Source: Bilabrum cf. latius (taxonomy: Eukaryota). Taken from it: DNA of 64,000 nt. Location of the stretch: assembly GCA_965178125.1 (NCBI GenBank), contig OZ237759.1, positions 310,001-374,000 of the forward strand, given 5' to 3'. Under the pieces are notes generated by a model, which did not search any database, was not told where the DNA came from, and was given only the letters and a program-made list of their open reading frames with translations. A program made the translations under genes and the position numbers. How positions within the stretch are numbered: the stretch's first letter is position 1; every line of letters begins with the position of its first letter. This document shows positions 1-11,977 of the stretch, piece by piece.

Positions 1-1
1 A

Positions 2-1030
2 AAACTTAATAACGTTGCCGCCAGCCTTGTTCGTTCTGGTCTTGACGACTTAAGAGTTGCATTAGAAGGAGGAACTGTAAATATGCGTCTACACACTAAG
101 AACGCTGCACTCCAAGTTCCTCTCAGCACCAATTACGCCTACCCATGGGAAAAAACAATTCCTCATGAATTTGTGGGTAATACTGCTTTACTTGCTAATA
201 GCGAAACCGTTGTCAACATTCCCATCATCAGAGAAGACGTTGTTCCCGATATGTTTGTTCCTCATGTTGTGGTCAATCGTGGTGCTGATGATTATGGTCC
301 TGATATAACTCTACCTATTACTCACATAAGTTGCACCGTCGGCAATAAATTCAAACTTCTTGATGATCACAGCACTCGCGATCTTTACGATTTAGCCGTT
401 TCAAATGGTTACGTTGGTAGTTATGCCTAGTTTGCTGGTTTACTACTCAACCCCGCTGAAAGTACCCTTGCCAATTAGGTACTCGCCAATTGGAGCATCT
501 TACCTTTACGCCCCAGTTAGATGCCACTAGATGCCGAATTAATGAGTGGTGTCAAGAAAGAGTTTAGACTCACCAGCCTACAACTCACCATTGCCAACCG
601 CACAGCCAATGCAATCGCAGCCGGCGATTACACCATCCAAATCCCTTTCATGTATGGCGGATACATTGAATTTAAAAATGGACGCATTCAAGCCAAAGAG
701 GTTGTTATTCCAGTAGCCAAAACACTCACCAGCGCTCCTGTGGTCTATCTTGAGGATGACAGCGAACATGCTATTCAAGGCGGACGCGGTGGACGCGGTT
801 GGAAGAAATTCAAGAACTTCGTCAAGAAAGCTACACCATTTGTCCAAAAAGCCAGCAAATTTGTACGCAACCTACCAGGTGTAAACAAGGTCGCTGGTGA
901 TAGTACCGCTCTAGGACAGGTTATGGCTCTTGCGGGGGCTGGAACAACTCACGTTGGCGGTGGGGTTTAGATGGTTGGAGGTCAAGTGATGAGTTCAAGC
1001 TAGGCAGATGCAATGGGAGGTTCTTACTAA
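2..1030 (+). CDS. Virophage major capsid protein, 5'-truncated by the window
   Basis: One frame open from position 2 to TAA 1028-1030 with only TAG interruptions. Sputnik-like MCP motifs LPITHISCTVGNKFKLL, DLYDLAVSNGYVGSYA(Q)FAG, and a Gly-rich C-terminal tail after AIQGG. Confidence 0.85.
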
Positions 1031-1075
1031 TCAATAAATTCATTCTAAATTATATATCTCACTATGTAATATAGA

Positions 1076-2503
1076 ATGTTTGCTGGAAAGCGAAAAAAAG
1101 CCCGTAATTTAAACGAAGTCAGATAGTTGCAACACCTAGTCAAAGCATCTGGTCAAGCCTATCAATCACCCAATGCCCGAACCACAATAATCTCCAAACA
1201 AGGAAAATATATGTACATCCCCAGTTTAAGCGATACCAAACGAGCCGTCTATCGTAACGATAAAAATCAATATATTGTTGCTTTTCGAGGAACAGTTGTC
1301 AGCGATCCTGAGGATCTATTAGACGATGCTCGAATCATTAAAAACACACTTCCTAATGGAAATAGATTTCAACGAGAGAAAAAAAAGGTTGAGGAAATCA
1401 AACAACTTAGCAATGGACAAGTTGTGCTTACTGGACACTCATTAGGAGGTGCTTTAGCCAATTAGATTGGATAGCAATTAGGAATCGAAAGTGTGGGTTG
1501 GAATGCTGGAACAGCCCCTACCGCTCGAAACTTAGTTGGCAACACCATTCGACGATTTGCCACCCAAGGCAAAACCAAAAGTTACAACGTTAGTAGCGAT
1601 CCTATTTCTCTTGGAAATCCTTTTAGCAAACGCATCAATCGCAAAGCTGGTCTAGATCCACACAGTCTTGGAAACTTTGTAATTCAAGGCGGTAAAGCAC
1701 AAACTGATCCCATTATTCGCAAATTCAACTTGTTTAACTTTGCTAAACCACTACTCAAAGTTGCCAATCTTTTAGAATTAGATAATACCTCCAAACAATC
1801 CGTGATTGAACTTAAAGGTTCGCAAACCAATCCCGTTATTTCCTTGTACGCTAGTGATTACGATTTCTTTCAACAACTAACACAAAAAGATATTCCAATG
1901 TTTGTACCACACTTAATCCATCTAGTAGAATTATTGAGTTCCAAAAGTTCTCCCCTTCGACCAGTGGAACTTAAACTAGGTGGCAAACACTACAAACCCA
2001 CAGTCAAAAATCTAAAACAGTTAGAACCCAGAATACAATCTATTATCAGCAAAGACCCTTTTGCCAAACTAGATTTAATCATGTTTGATGGCAAATACTA
2101 CCAAGAAATCACTGTGGTTTACCTATTCGAACCTCTTGCCAATCCCAAGGAAATCCAAACCCAACTACTAAACGATAGTCGGGAATATCGCAAACAAGGA
2201 ATGCGGTACAAAGCAAGTAAACGAGTGATTCAATCCAATAAAGGTACTCTCAAACAACGCCGAGCTGCCCTTAAAACACTCGAAAATCCTAAACTTGCAC
2301 AAATCAATCACACCGCCAACCATTTAGAGGCGTTCTTACGTTTTCCAAACGCAAAGCGTACCTCGCTTCAATGGATAAAACAAGATTTATCCAATGTACT
2401 CACTCGTAAACAACAAGCAGAGGTTAGCAAGTTACTCAATAAAGGAACTAAAGCAAACGTTAAACAAGTTATGGATTTATTAAAGCAATGGAAATTAAGA
2501 TAA
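1076..2503 (+). CDS. Class-3 lipase domain fused to a virophage-type domain (possibly nucleotidyltransferase-like), 475 aa
   Basis: Joins ORFs 1127-1465 and 1493-2503 through TAGs. Lipase motifs IVAFRGT and LTGHSLGGALA; second domain contains GSQ..YASDYDF; VIQGG lies at the junction. Confidence 0.75.
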
Positions 2504-2529
2504 GAAAATAATATAGATTACAATAATAT

Positions 2530-2772
2530 ATGGATATCGATCTTCGAAAGATTAGCCTTAAACGCCTACACGAACTTGTTAAACTCAAGAAACAACAACT
2601 CAAGTAGAGACCCAAATAGAAACTCAGCAACTATAACCTGTTTGTAAAAGAAATGTACCCCGTTATGCGCAAAAAGGACCCCGAGCGATACAAGAACGTC
2701 GGCAATTTTACCAAAGATGCTAGTTCCCACTCGTGGTTTGCCCAGTGGAAAAAAGAAAAGAAAATTGAATAA
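2530..2772 (+). CDS. Small basic protein, HMG-box/YABBY-like, 80 aa
   Basis: ATG 2530 to TAA with 2 TAGs. KLSNYNLFVKEMYPVMRKKDP...FAQWK resembles HMG-box helices. Absent from the supplied ORF track. Confidence 0.55.
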
Positions 2773-2814
2773 TCCTCTGGATACTTACACAGACGAGTGT
2801 GATTTTACAATTAA

Positions 2815-2847
2815 TTCCGTATTAATCGACTTGGTTTTAATACAGAA
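2815..2847. terminator. Conserved 3'-end hairpin (TCCGTATTAA-loop-TTAATAC(A/G)GA family)
   Basis: Imperfect inverted repeat between convergent genes. Related copies at 9352-9384, 15698-15728 and 19163-19195. Confidence 0.5.
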
Positions 2848-2886
2848 ATAAATTAATTTGAGGTTTCAAGATTCAGGATTGAGGAT

Positions 2887-4020
2887 TCAATTACTACAAT
2901 ACAACATGACCTCATTTGGAAACACCCTCTTGTTTGCCATGGCTTCTCGCTTTGGTAGTCGTGCATGTTGTACCTTTTGAAAGAAAGTCTTTAATCTCTC
3001 TATTCGCCTCAATAACTCATCTAAATCTGGAGCATAGTTAACATGATAGGCTACTACCATCTTTTTCAATCCAGTAAAATCACATTGATCCAAGATCGGC
3101 AATTCTGCTCCCTCTATATCCATCTTAACACAATCACAACCCTCGATTGCTTTTTTAAAACTAATGGCTGGCACAATCACCCGTTTTCTTCCTCGCACCT
3201 TTCTTAAGGTGGTATGATTCCACTCTGATTTTGCTAGATACAAAGGGATTTCTCGGGTCTCACTATCCGCCACCACCGCTTGGTTAAAACAATTATCGGG
3301 GGTTACAGAATTCTAAACCAATATATTATAATTACCCTCATCTGGTTCATAACTCTTGATTGCTATTCCATGCATCTAACATCTGGCTGTAAATGCACCA
3401 ATATTTGCTCCGATATCACACCACTTCTCCCCTTTCTCCTACTTGAAAAACTGTGTATATTCCATCTTTTTTCCTAACAATTCCTTAATCACCTTGCTAT
3501 CAGTAGTTTGCGGTCTCTGTACCAAATGATGATGATGATTATAAAAAACCAAACTGTATCTAGTTCCTGTGAACGGTGCTGTCCAATGCTCCTAACTGTG
3601 ACCATAAAAGTAAAACGGTTTCCGATTAATATCGATTTGCTATTGAGTTCCATCCTAGTTTTTTACCACTAACTCTCCTCCTTTGTAATTTCCAAAAGCC
3701 ACAATCATGGTTATACCTTTGTTTAGGCTATCTGTATGAGGGGCACACAAAAAGTTTTTGTTGACGGTTATATTGCTGAAACGCAAATTAGGATCAATCT
3801 AGCGCCCCAACTTCACCAGCATTTGATGAATCTCGGGATTCTTAACCATAACAGTACTTGGTTGCCAAGATTTATCTTTAGAAAACATTTTCTAGACCAA
3901 TCCAAAGTTACAAGTTGGTATACTTTTCTTTCCACCTGAAATCTTACGTCTTGTTTTTCCAACTGAAAAGGTAGGAAACTTCCACTGTTCTAAAGCATTA
4001 AATACGCTATCGTAATTCAT
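2887..4020 (-). CDS. 2OG-Fe(II) dioxygenase (TET/JBP-like) fused to FkbM-family methyltransferase, 377 aa
   Basis: Single frame from ATG 4020 to TGA 2887 with TAG readthrough. N-terminal part: NITVNKNFLCAPHTDSLNKG, FGNYKGGELVV, EHWTAPFTGTRYSLVFY (HxD..H..R). C-terminal part: WCDIGANIGAF, SYEPD, VKMDIEGAE. Confidence 0.8.
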
Positions 4021-4059
4021 CTTAATCTTACGTGGCAAATTAAATCTAAGCTAATATAT

Positions 4060-4704
4060 ATGAACGCCAAAAACCAATTATGGTTGCACGTTTTGTCTGT
4101 TGCTCAACAAACCTATCCTCACGATAAAGTTGCCCGTGACAAATACCTTGAATTAATGCGTAAAGAACTACGAATAGAACCCGATCCAGAACCCGAACCC
4201 GAACCCGAACCTGTTCTTGAACCTGATAGCGATTCAGATGAACCTGAGCCTGAACCAGAATCTAGACCTGCCACTCCACCATCTGCACCTAACCCCGAAC
4301 CTGTTCCAAAACCTGAACCTAAACCTGCCATTCCACCATCTGTTGTGGATTTAAGCCCACCTAAATTACAACGAGAGCGATAGGTTTCTTTTGTAATTCC
4401 AGGTTTCGGTGATCCCGATCCTGAACCTGAACCTGAACCCGAACCTGAACCATTTAAAGTCGAAGTGGTTGATAGTGATAAACCCGAATTTCGATGGATG
4501 GTACAAGAGCAGGAAAACGGTGAATGGATCTATTTTGGTGATAAAGGTGCTCTGACTGCCAAAGAAATGGTGGATCGTAAAATGTGCAGTTGGAGACGTG
4601 CTTATTCCCGAGTCCATAGATATCTTAAACAACACCGTCCGGTGTCTGATGGATCTCTCGATCGATGGAAATGGGAGCAAAAATACTACTTAGCACAAAA
4701 CTAA
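4060..4704 (+). CDS. Pro/Glu-rich hypothetical protein, 214 aa
   Basis: ORFs 4060-4383 and 4465-4704 are in one frame across a TAG; contains PEPEPE repeats. Confidence 0.7.
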
Positions 4705-4759
4705 AAACTAAATTGTTACTATTAGTTAATTGTTTAATTAAATAACAGTAATTATCAAC

Positions 4760-5290
4760 TTAAGAACTCTAAGGAAGAACCAAATAGTTGAAAGCATAAT
4801 CCTCATTACCTGCTGCGTTACCGGATAGATGGACTGTAAACTCATCAGTTCCTGCAACCACTTTCAAAAACTCAGTTGCCCCTCCTGTTGGTTCAGTAGT
4901 TGTAGTAATATGAACGTGATCACCTGCAACCACACCTGGGGCTGAAAAGGTCTAGGTTGCCAATGATGAACCACCAGTCCAACTGCCTGATCCATGGGCT
5001 TTAACTGCATTAGTGGAATTAACTGTGCCATTCAGATCAATATTACAATTCTCGCCATCATTGCTAAACAATAATCTCATTCCAGCGGATAGTGCGTTTT
5101 TACCAAATCTAAGCTCATCTGCTTCTGAAAGGATGTAAGGTACTCCTATTGAGCCCTCAAATATAATACTTGAGTTGCCAACTAATACATCGCTTGGACC
5201 TAAAACTGGATTTAAGCGTAAAGTCTTTGTTCCCATTCTTGGGGCATAAAGGTTATTGGTATTTCTTGGGTCGGTCAGTATATCTGCCAT
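4760..5290 (-). CDS. Hypothetical beta-rich protein, possible virion fibre/decoration protein, 176 aa
   Basis: ORF 4952-5290 extends through TAGs to TAA at 4760; Gly/Ser/Thr-rich. Confidence 0.6.
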
Positions 5291-5349
5291 TATACTCTAA
5301 ACCAGAAAATATTCCACCAATTCTTATTTTTTTTCTTATCTAGAGTATA

Positions 5350-5979
5350 ATGGAGATAAATACTTCCGTAGTAGCCACAGGATTAGTTTCTTTAGGCTAT
5401 CATGCCGTTTGGTATCTTTATAAATATGTATTTGAACGCCCTCTTGATCAACGTAAAAAGCTAGTGCTCTTAATTCCCAGCAAATGTGGTAAGAGTTAGC
5501 TATGCAAGACGCTTCAATCACGCAACAAGAATCTTAGATTAGTTGATCTTGATGAATGTGTCAAAGCATCAGTATTTGGCAACGCTACCGAACAATTAAA
5601 ATTAGCTTGGGGTGAACAACACCAAGATAAAGGGGTAAGTGCCGATATCCGGCGTAAGTTTGTGCTTCAAGCAATTGAAGATGTAAAACGTGAATGGTTG
5701 ATCAACAAGGATCGTAAGGCGATATTCGTAACTAGTGATGTAGATGTAGCCCTCGAACGCTTTAAGCGAACAAGTGTCTGTGTTGCCATTCCAAGCAAAC
5801 GCTATTCTGAACAAATCAGAAAACAACTCAGTGATTCTGATAAACAAGTATTCGATCACTCCAGAGAGCAATTTCGCCAGTTTGAGTTTGGTGGTGATGA
5901 ATACGTAACTTTCGACAGCATTGGACAACTAGCCTCCGAGGTTATGGTTACCTATCGATCACTCAAACACGCTGTCTAA
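5350..5979 (+). CDS. Hypothetical protein with N-terminal hydrophobic segment and degenerate P-loop, 209 aa
   Basis: ATG 5350, one TAG. LVLLIPSKCGKS(Q)L followed by LVDLDE resembles a nucleotide-kinase P-loop. Confidence 0.6.
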
Positions 5980-6023
5980 ACTAAAAACTATACTCTAGAA
6001 ATAAAATTACTACTATTTCATAT

Positions 6024-6398
6024 ATGTATCAAAATGATATAGTAATAATAAAGAAAAGTCCCATTGCTGGTTATGGAGTATTTGCTAAACATAGCATCCC
6101 TAAAGGCACACCTATTGCTTATTTCTTTGGAATTGAAATGAGCACTGCTGATATTCGACTCAAATATGGCAACTTTAGATGCTGTTTGCGTAGACCATTC
6201 CGCAAATGGATCTGTTCCAGAGAACTACCACACATTATTAACTTTGTAAATGGAGTGGGCTTTGGTAAGAGTGCCGATATGCAACCTAATTGCGTAATCA
6301 AACAACGATGGCTATTGCCAACTCGGGATATTAAACAAGGCGAAGAACTGCTACTAAAATATCCAAAAGGGTACTTTAAAGACGTTGGATTGGAGTAA
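6024..6398 (+). CDS. Stand-alone SET-domain protein (vSET-like)
   Basis: IKKSPIAGYGVFAKHSIPKGT, INFVN, PNC and RDIKQGEELLLKY motifs. The canonical NH motif reads NG. Confidence 0.85.
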   Translation: MYQNDIVIIKKSPIAGYGVFAKHSIPKGTPIAYFFGIEMSTADIRLKYGNFRCCLRRPFRKWICSRELPHIINFVNGVGFGKSADMQPNCVIKQRWLLPTRDIKQGEELLLKYPKGYFKDVGLE

Positions 6399-7409
6399 TT
6401 AAAACAAGAAGCACTTGCTTTGAGTGACCGCGTATCTATTAATCTTATCTATATAGATCCATCGACTGGATTTAAACTAATCCTCTAAAAGATGAATCTG
6501 TTTTTTGCTTAAACTTAAGTATTTACATAGCATGAATTCGCGGTCTCTCTCGGGCGTCTATCTGTAAATAATATAACTCTAACACTCTCGATGCAACAAA
6601 CGGGTTTTCCGGTAATCACTGGGAGAGTGTGTTACCCATATTACACTCGCTCCGTGACTCCTTCCTTTAACTAATAGGTGTTCCGCAAGAAATAGTGCAC
6701 GATCGAAGAGTTCACCCTCAATATCATCAAACATCAACACACTTGGACGTTCTAGTAATTTGTGCAATCCCGGTGTGAAAGCATACTTTTGACCTGTTTT
6801 CATGGCAACTTTGAGCCTATCCAAGGCTTTCTCACCCTCAATCCTTTGTTCTGGATCCATGCCTTTCTTTGTATGTTTAAACTCAATTACTGCATCTCGA
6901 TATAATCTTGCTGAATCGTCTGGAACAACCAGTTCATGAATTGGGACTTCTATCATTCCTAATTCTTTGAATCGAGATTCCTAGGGTTTTCCGTTTACTA
7001 CTACAATCTACAAGTTTGGATTTAAGTTTCTCATTGTTTGCAATATCTCAATTCCAAGAGTAGTCTTGCCACTTCCAGCCATTCCAAAGTTGTAAATACA
7101 ACAACGAGGACTCTCTTTAGTCATCAAGGGAATGATCTTTCCACTCTAGTTTTTAAATTTGTAGATTTTAAAACCCCTATCTCGTAACTCCTCCCAGTGC
7201 TTTGGTTGATTCTTGACGATTCTAGCCTTGCGTTCGCCGATCTTGTACCTTAGGTAAGCCTAATCTACTGTTTCTTCTTCTGAGTCTTCAGAATCGCTGT
7301 CGCTTACGTTTTCATAAACTTTCGGCATGAAATAAATCACCTTTCCATCTCCGTAAAGTGAATATGCTATTGGATTACTGTTTTCCTATTTCATGGTACT
7401 TAAACTCAT
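6399..7409 (-). CDS. FtsK/HerA-family genome-packaging ATPase, 336 aa
   Basis: ATG 7409 to TAA 6399 with TAG readthrough. Walker A GMAGSGKTT, Walker B VLMFDDIE, and KGRSHGASVIWVTH motif. Confidence 0.9.
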
Positions 7410-7451
7410 ATATATAGACGTACATGAGAAATTATTTCTTGCCAAGTATAT

Positions 7452-8888
7452 ATGAGTAGTAATATCTCTACACAAGAACAAGAGCGTTTGATGCTCCTTA
7501 AACTATTACAACAAAGTATCGCTGGTTCTGCAGGAATCGAGTAGGAACGAATCGGTGAACTACAGCAAGATATCTAGGATCGCGTACAAGCCTTTAAACG
7601 TGCCGAGCGAACCAAGAAGTTGCGCCAAGCAGGTTTCCTAAATTAGGATGAAATGCGTGATGATCGCAGGGCAAAAGCCAGAATCAGTACCTTGATGACT
7701 CAATTAGAGCGAGAGGATGATGAAAATATGGGTTCCATGATAAATATAGCCGCCAAAATCGTTGAAACCCTTGGAATGCACGATATTGTTGATCCCAAAT
7801 ACATCGAGTCCCTAAATCGACGAGTTGATGCTTTAGAAGGAGACCGTGGAGGTGCTTTAGCCCAAGTTGCATACGATGAAGCCATGGAATCTGCCAGTCA
7901 AGCTTTACTCAAGAAAGTTCAAGATCCCGAACTCAGACGCCGAGGTACACAAAGTAGTGCAACTGGTGGTCCTTCATCATCTATCAATCCCATTGATCTG
8001 GATGACGGTATCGGACCGGCTAGTGGTGCTGGTCAAGGTGGAGACGATGTTGGTAAAGATGGAGGTGGAGATGATGATGATGATGATAGTGCAGATGATG
8101 ATACCCAATATGTTGATGGAGCAAGCTTTTTCTCAAATAGCAACACCCAACAGTCTAAAGCACCAACAGAATCCTCTAATCGTTAGGGCATATACAGACC
8201 AAGTATTGCATCACCTACCAAATCCAAAGCTCTTAGGGCAAAATCCAGGATTCCAATTAAACCAAAAGCCAAATCCAAACGGAAAATTAAAGTATCCGCT
8301 AAAGCACGTGCTAGTGCCGAACAAGGCAGCGCCGAAGGCAAAGCAGCTGCTCAAGGCGCAAGTGAGAGCGCAAGTGGTTCTGCAAGTGGTGCAAGTGGTG
8401 CAAGTGGTTCTAGTGAAGGTGCAAGTGGTGCTGCAAGTGGTTCTGCAAGTGGTGAGGTTAAAGGCAGAGGTGCTAAGCAACCAAGCAAGAAAAACTCCAG
8501 CAAACCCGATTCCATCCAGAAACGTGCCATGCAACTCGCTGGTGCTAAACGCCGTGCATACGTGAACGCCACACAAGGCGAAGCTTTACGAGATGCGTAT
8601 AATGTAATTAAAGGAGGCAAACCTTAGTTTCCTGTTGCTCAAGATAAACAAGCAAGTAATTTGAAAGGCGGAGGCTTACTGCAAGAGGTTGGTAAACTAG
8701 CTTTTGATGGTTTAGTAGCTGGACCACTACGCAAAGTAATTGGTGATAAGGGATTAAAAGCAGTTGCTCCAAAAGCACACAGGAGGATCAATGCTAATGA
8801 ACGCCGATCTGGCAAGCAAGGTTAGAAAGCATAGGATGAGCAATTACTATTAGATCGATTAAGACGTCGAAGACGTGCTAATGGATGA
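7452..8888 (+). CDS. Low-complexity coiled-coil/acidic/basic protein, possible virion core protein, 478 aa
   Basis: One frame from ATG 7452 to TGA 8888 with only TAG interruptions; poly-Asp tract, GASG repeats, IKGG and LKGG motifs. Confidence 0.7.
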
Positions 8889-8925
8889 GTTATGTTAAAA
8901 ATAATAATATATAGAGAAATCATAT

Positions 8926-9336
8926 ATGTCAGATATTAATGGCGAACAATGTCGTATTTGGAGGTATAAAGGTAGACTCCATAGAGTTGGCGGTCCAGCA
9001 ATTGAATTTGTCAACGGTAGAAAGGAATGGTGGTCTCACGGAATACGCCACCGAGCAGATGGTCCTGCTATTATCAACCCTGATGGCTCTGAGTATTGGT
9101 ATAAGGAAGGAAAACGCCATAGAAAAGACGGACCTGCATCCACAGATTCAGAAGGTACTAAAATATGGTACTGGCATGACGTACGCCATAGAAAAGATGG
9201 ACCAGCGTGTATTTATCCCAATGGAGCCCAAGTCTGGATGTTCAAAGGAAAACGCCATAGGGAAGATGGACCAGCGTGTATTGGGGCTGATGGTCGAAAG
9301 GAATGGTATATTCATGGAGAAGAACAAGATGTCTAA
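8926..9336 (+). CDS. MORN-variant/YwqK-like repeat protein (HRxDGPA repeats)
   Basis: About five repeats of W..G.RHR.DGPA, a repeat type common in giant viruses and phages. Confidence 0.8.
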   Translation: MSDINGEQCRIWRYKGRLHRVGGPAIEFVNGRKEWWSHGIRHRADGPAIINPDGSEYWYKEGKRHRKDGPASTDSEGTKIWYWHDVRHRKDGPACIYPNGAQVWMFKGKRHREDGPACIGADGRKEWYIHGEEQDV

Positions 9337-9444
9337 AAATATTTCTGAGAATTCCCTATTAATATCAATTAAATTAATACGGAATTATTCGCAAAATCAC
9401 AGTTGTCTGTGTACTTATATAGAGAGAATTTCATCTCCTCACGA

Positions 9445-9978
9445 TTACGGGTTCTATTTTACGAATTGTAGCACTCCATTTTTGTACCATGTTCTAGTTA
9501 TTTCGCTATTCTGAGTTTCAATAACAGCTGGTCCATTTTCTCTGTGTAATTGACCTTTTTTGTACCACTTTAATTTTGATCCGCCAAGATTAGATTCTAA
9601 ATATGCTGGTAGATCATTTTCTCTGTGTAATTCACCATCTTTATGCCACATCTCTACAAAATCTCCCTTAACTGATGGTAAATCATCAATTGAATGTAAT
9701 TTACCATTCACGGCTGTCATTCTATTTGTACCCGTTCCCTCCGGGCGGTTTGTTATAACCGTAACTAATTCAGGTCCATTCGTCTGTACAATAAAATCAG
9801 GTAACTCCTCCTAATAAGGTTGTTGCTGAGTTTGTCCTGGAATCTCATATCTACAAACTGGACATTTATTTCCACTCAAAGATTTATGGCACTCCTTACA
9901 AACCGTGCCGTCTTTACAACATCCAGTATGAACATACTTCCAATCATTTATATCCTTTAAACAAATACAACATTGCAT
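9445..9978 (-). CDS. RING-finger plus HRxxGPA-repeat protein, 177 aa
   Basis: ATG 9978. CCICL..HTGCC..VCKEC..KCPVCR followed by LHRENDLPA and LHRENGPA repeats. Ends at TAA 9445. Confidence 0.75.
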
Positions 9979-10038
9979 TATACTTAATAATAGTATTTTT
10001 TTAACTCACTGCCAGATCAAAATATCTAAGAAAGAGTA

Positions 10039-11244
10039 ATGAACAACATTACAGATAAATAGCGAGAAATACTGAACGATTTGTACTATAATAAAAAGAG
10101 TTTTCTTGGGCGCGATCGCTTTTGGAAACTTGCTTTGGATAACGGTGTAGATCTACCACGACGAACCGTCTACTCTTGGCTGAGTAATCAAGAGGTGTAT
10201 CAAATGCAAAAGCCAACACGCCAAGCCAAAAGCATCAAATCTACTCGATCCAAAGCACCATTCAACAAACTACAAATAGATTTAGTTGATATGAGTAGTA
10301 GCACAACTGCAAGAGGAGCAAATTGGTTACTAACTGCCATTGATGCCTATACCCGAAAAGCATACGCTTTGCCAATGCCCAATAAAAATGAAAAGACTGT
10401 TCTTGATAGTTTAGACCTATTGCTGGATGAATTACCCAAATTACCCAAATCCATCTAGAGCGATAACGGTTCAGAGTTTATCAACAAGAAATTTAAAGCC
10501 CGTTTAAAATCCTTGAAAATTAAACAGATCTTGAGTACTGCAGGAAAGCCTTAGACCAATGGACTCGTTGAAAGATTCAATGGCACACTCAAACGATTTA
10601 TTAAAAGCGATTTACTGAGCACAGGCGAAAATGATTGGGATGTTAACTTGCCATTATATCTCAAAGCATACAATTCCACTCCACAAACTACCACGGGTAA
10701 AGCACCTGATAAATTGGTTGAGGAATGGAAACAATCAAATATGAAAGAGGCTCCTGAAATCAAACAAGCATCCAAGCAAGATTTGGCAACCCAGCAATTC
10801 AAGATTGGCGATCAGGTACGAATTAAATTAGTCTAGAACCAAAACTAGAAACGTGCGGAAAATTGGTCCAAGGATTTATACCAGGTTGCCGAGGTGTTTA
10901 AGCCACGATAGCCTTGGAGTCCTTTCCAGTATCAAGTTAAGGATAGCCAGGGAGGCTTACTTAAAACCAAGTATGGCAACGAGGATTTGCAACAAATCAA
11001 TGCGGTGGAAAACAAGAGTAAATTAGCGGAGCGATTTGAACTTAGTAGCATTACACGTCCCAGTGTCCGAGATGGCGAATAGGGATACATTGTTAGATAC
11101 AAAGGATACTCTAAACCGGAATGGAATAGCCTGAAAAATTTGGAATTGGATGTACCAAAAATGGTACGGCTATTTGATCGCAAACACAATGTGGTTTGGA
11201 AAAAAGACAAGAAAGACAAATGGACATTCTCATGGAAAAAATAA
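10039..11244 (+). CDS. Retroviral-type (rve) DDE integrase with C-terminal SH3-like domain and chromodomain, 401 aa
   Basis: LQIDLVD, I(Q)SDNGSEF, KP(Q)TNGLVERFNGTLK, FKIGDQVRI, NWSKDLYQV, YIVRYKGYSKPEW. Confidence 0.93.
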
Positions 11245-11314
11245 CTGAATATCATTTATACATTAAATCATTTACATTAAAAATGATTTAAGGCTAATTT
11301 ACAAAGTTATATAT

Positions 11315-11629
11315 ATGGAATTAACTTTTGAAAACTTACTCAAAACACCAATTAATGAATGGGATAAGGAAAACATTGAGAATCGATTGAAAATACTTGG
11401 CGAACTTATTAATAGACATGGATACCATCCACGGTTTCGAGAGAGTCTGGAAGTTTTGTGCTACTTAATAGAAGTAAAATGTTATGGATGCAATGATATT
11501 AACTGTTATCATATTGATCTAAATCCTGGAAAAAAAGTCATAAACCCTGAATATCAGCAACTAAAGGAATTACTGGCGAAATTTTACAATCATAAATATA
11601 GTTGTCAACGTAAACTAGAAGATTTTTAA
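11315..11629 (+). CDS. Hypothetical protein, 104 aa
   Basis: ATG about 12 nt after the repeat; ends TAA; contains a CYGCNDINCYH cluster. Confidence 0.65.
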   Translation: MELTFENLLKTPINEWDKENIENRLKILGELINRHGYHPRFRESLEVLCYLIEVKCYGCNDINCYHIDLNPGKKVINPEYQQLKELLAKFYNHKYSCQRKLEDF

Positions 11630-11977
11630 ATCACCCCACACAAGAAACAATTAATCAAAGATTCTTTGTCCAATGGTTTAATTGATAACATCAAGAATGA
11701 TTGGGTAATGAATTTGAATGTATCATCATTCAAAAGAACAGGTGCTTAGCTGGGAATATCACCATGTTTACTTGCTGGAGGTGGTGGTAATTGCACATTT
11801 TTTATTACATCGCTCATGCGCAAACTAACACCCCTAGAATATCTAAGATTGCAGGGATTTCCTCCAGATTTTAAAATTTGCGTTAGTAGAGCACAGACAT
11901 ATAAACAGGTTGGAAATGCAATGTCGGTTAATGTGGTGTGTTTTATTCTAAAAAGCATGCTGATGGGATTGAAATGA
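11630..11977 (+). pseudogene. C-terminal fragment of a C5-cytosine DNA methyltransferase (TRD, motifs IX-X)
   Basis: ISPCLLA..MRKLTPLEYLRLQGFPPDF..TYKQVGNAMSVNVV. Motifs I-VIII are absent. In frame with the upstream ORF after its TAA; possible ATG at 11708. Confidence 0.8.

Noticed and set aside
7867-8565. 232-aa Val/Gln-rich ORF
   Set aside because: Off-frame shadow of the 7452-8888 gene.
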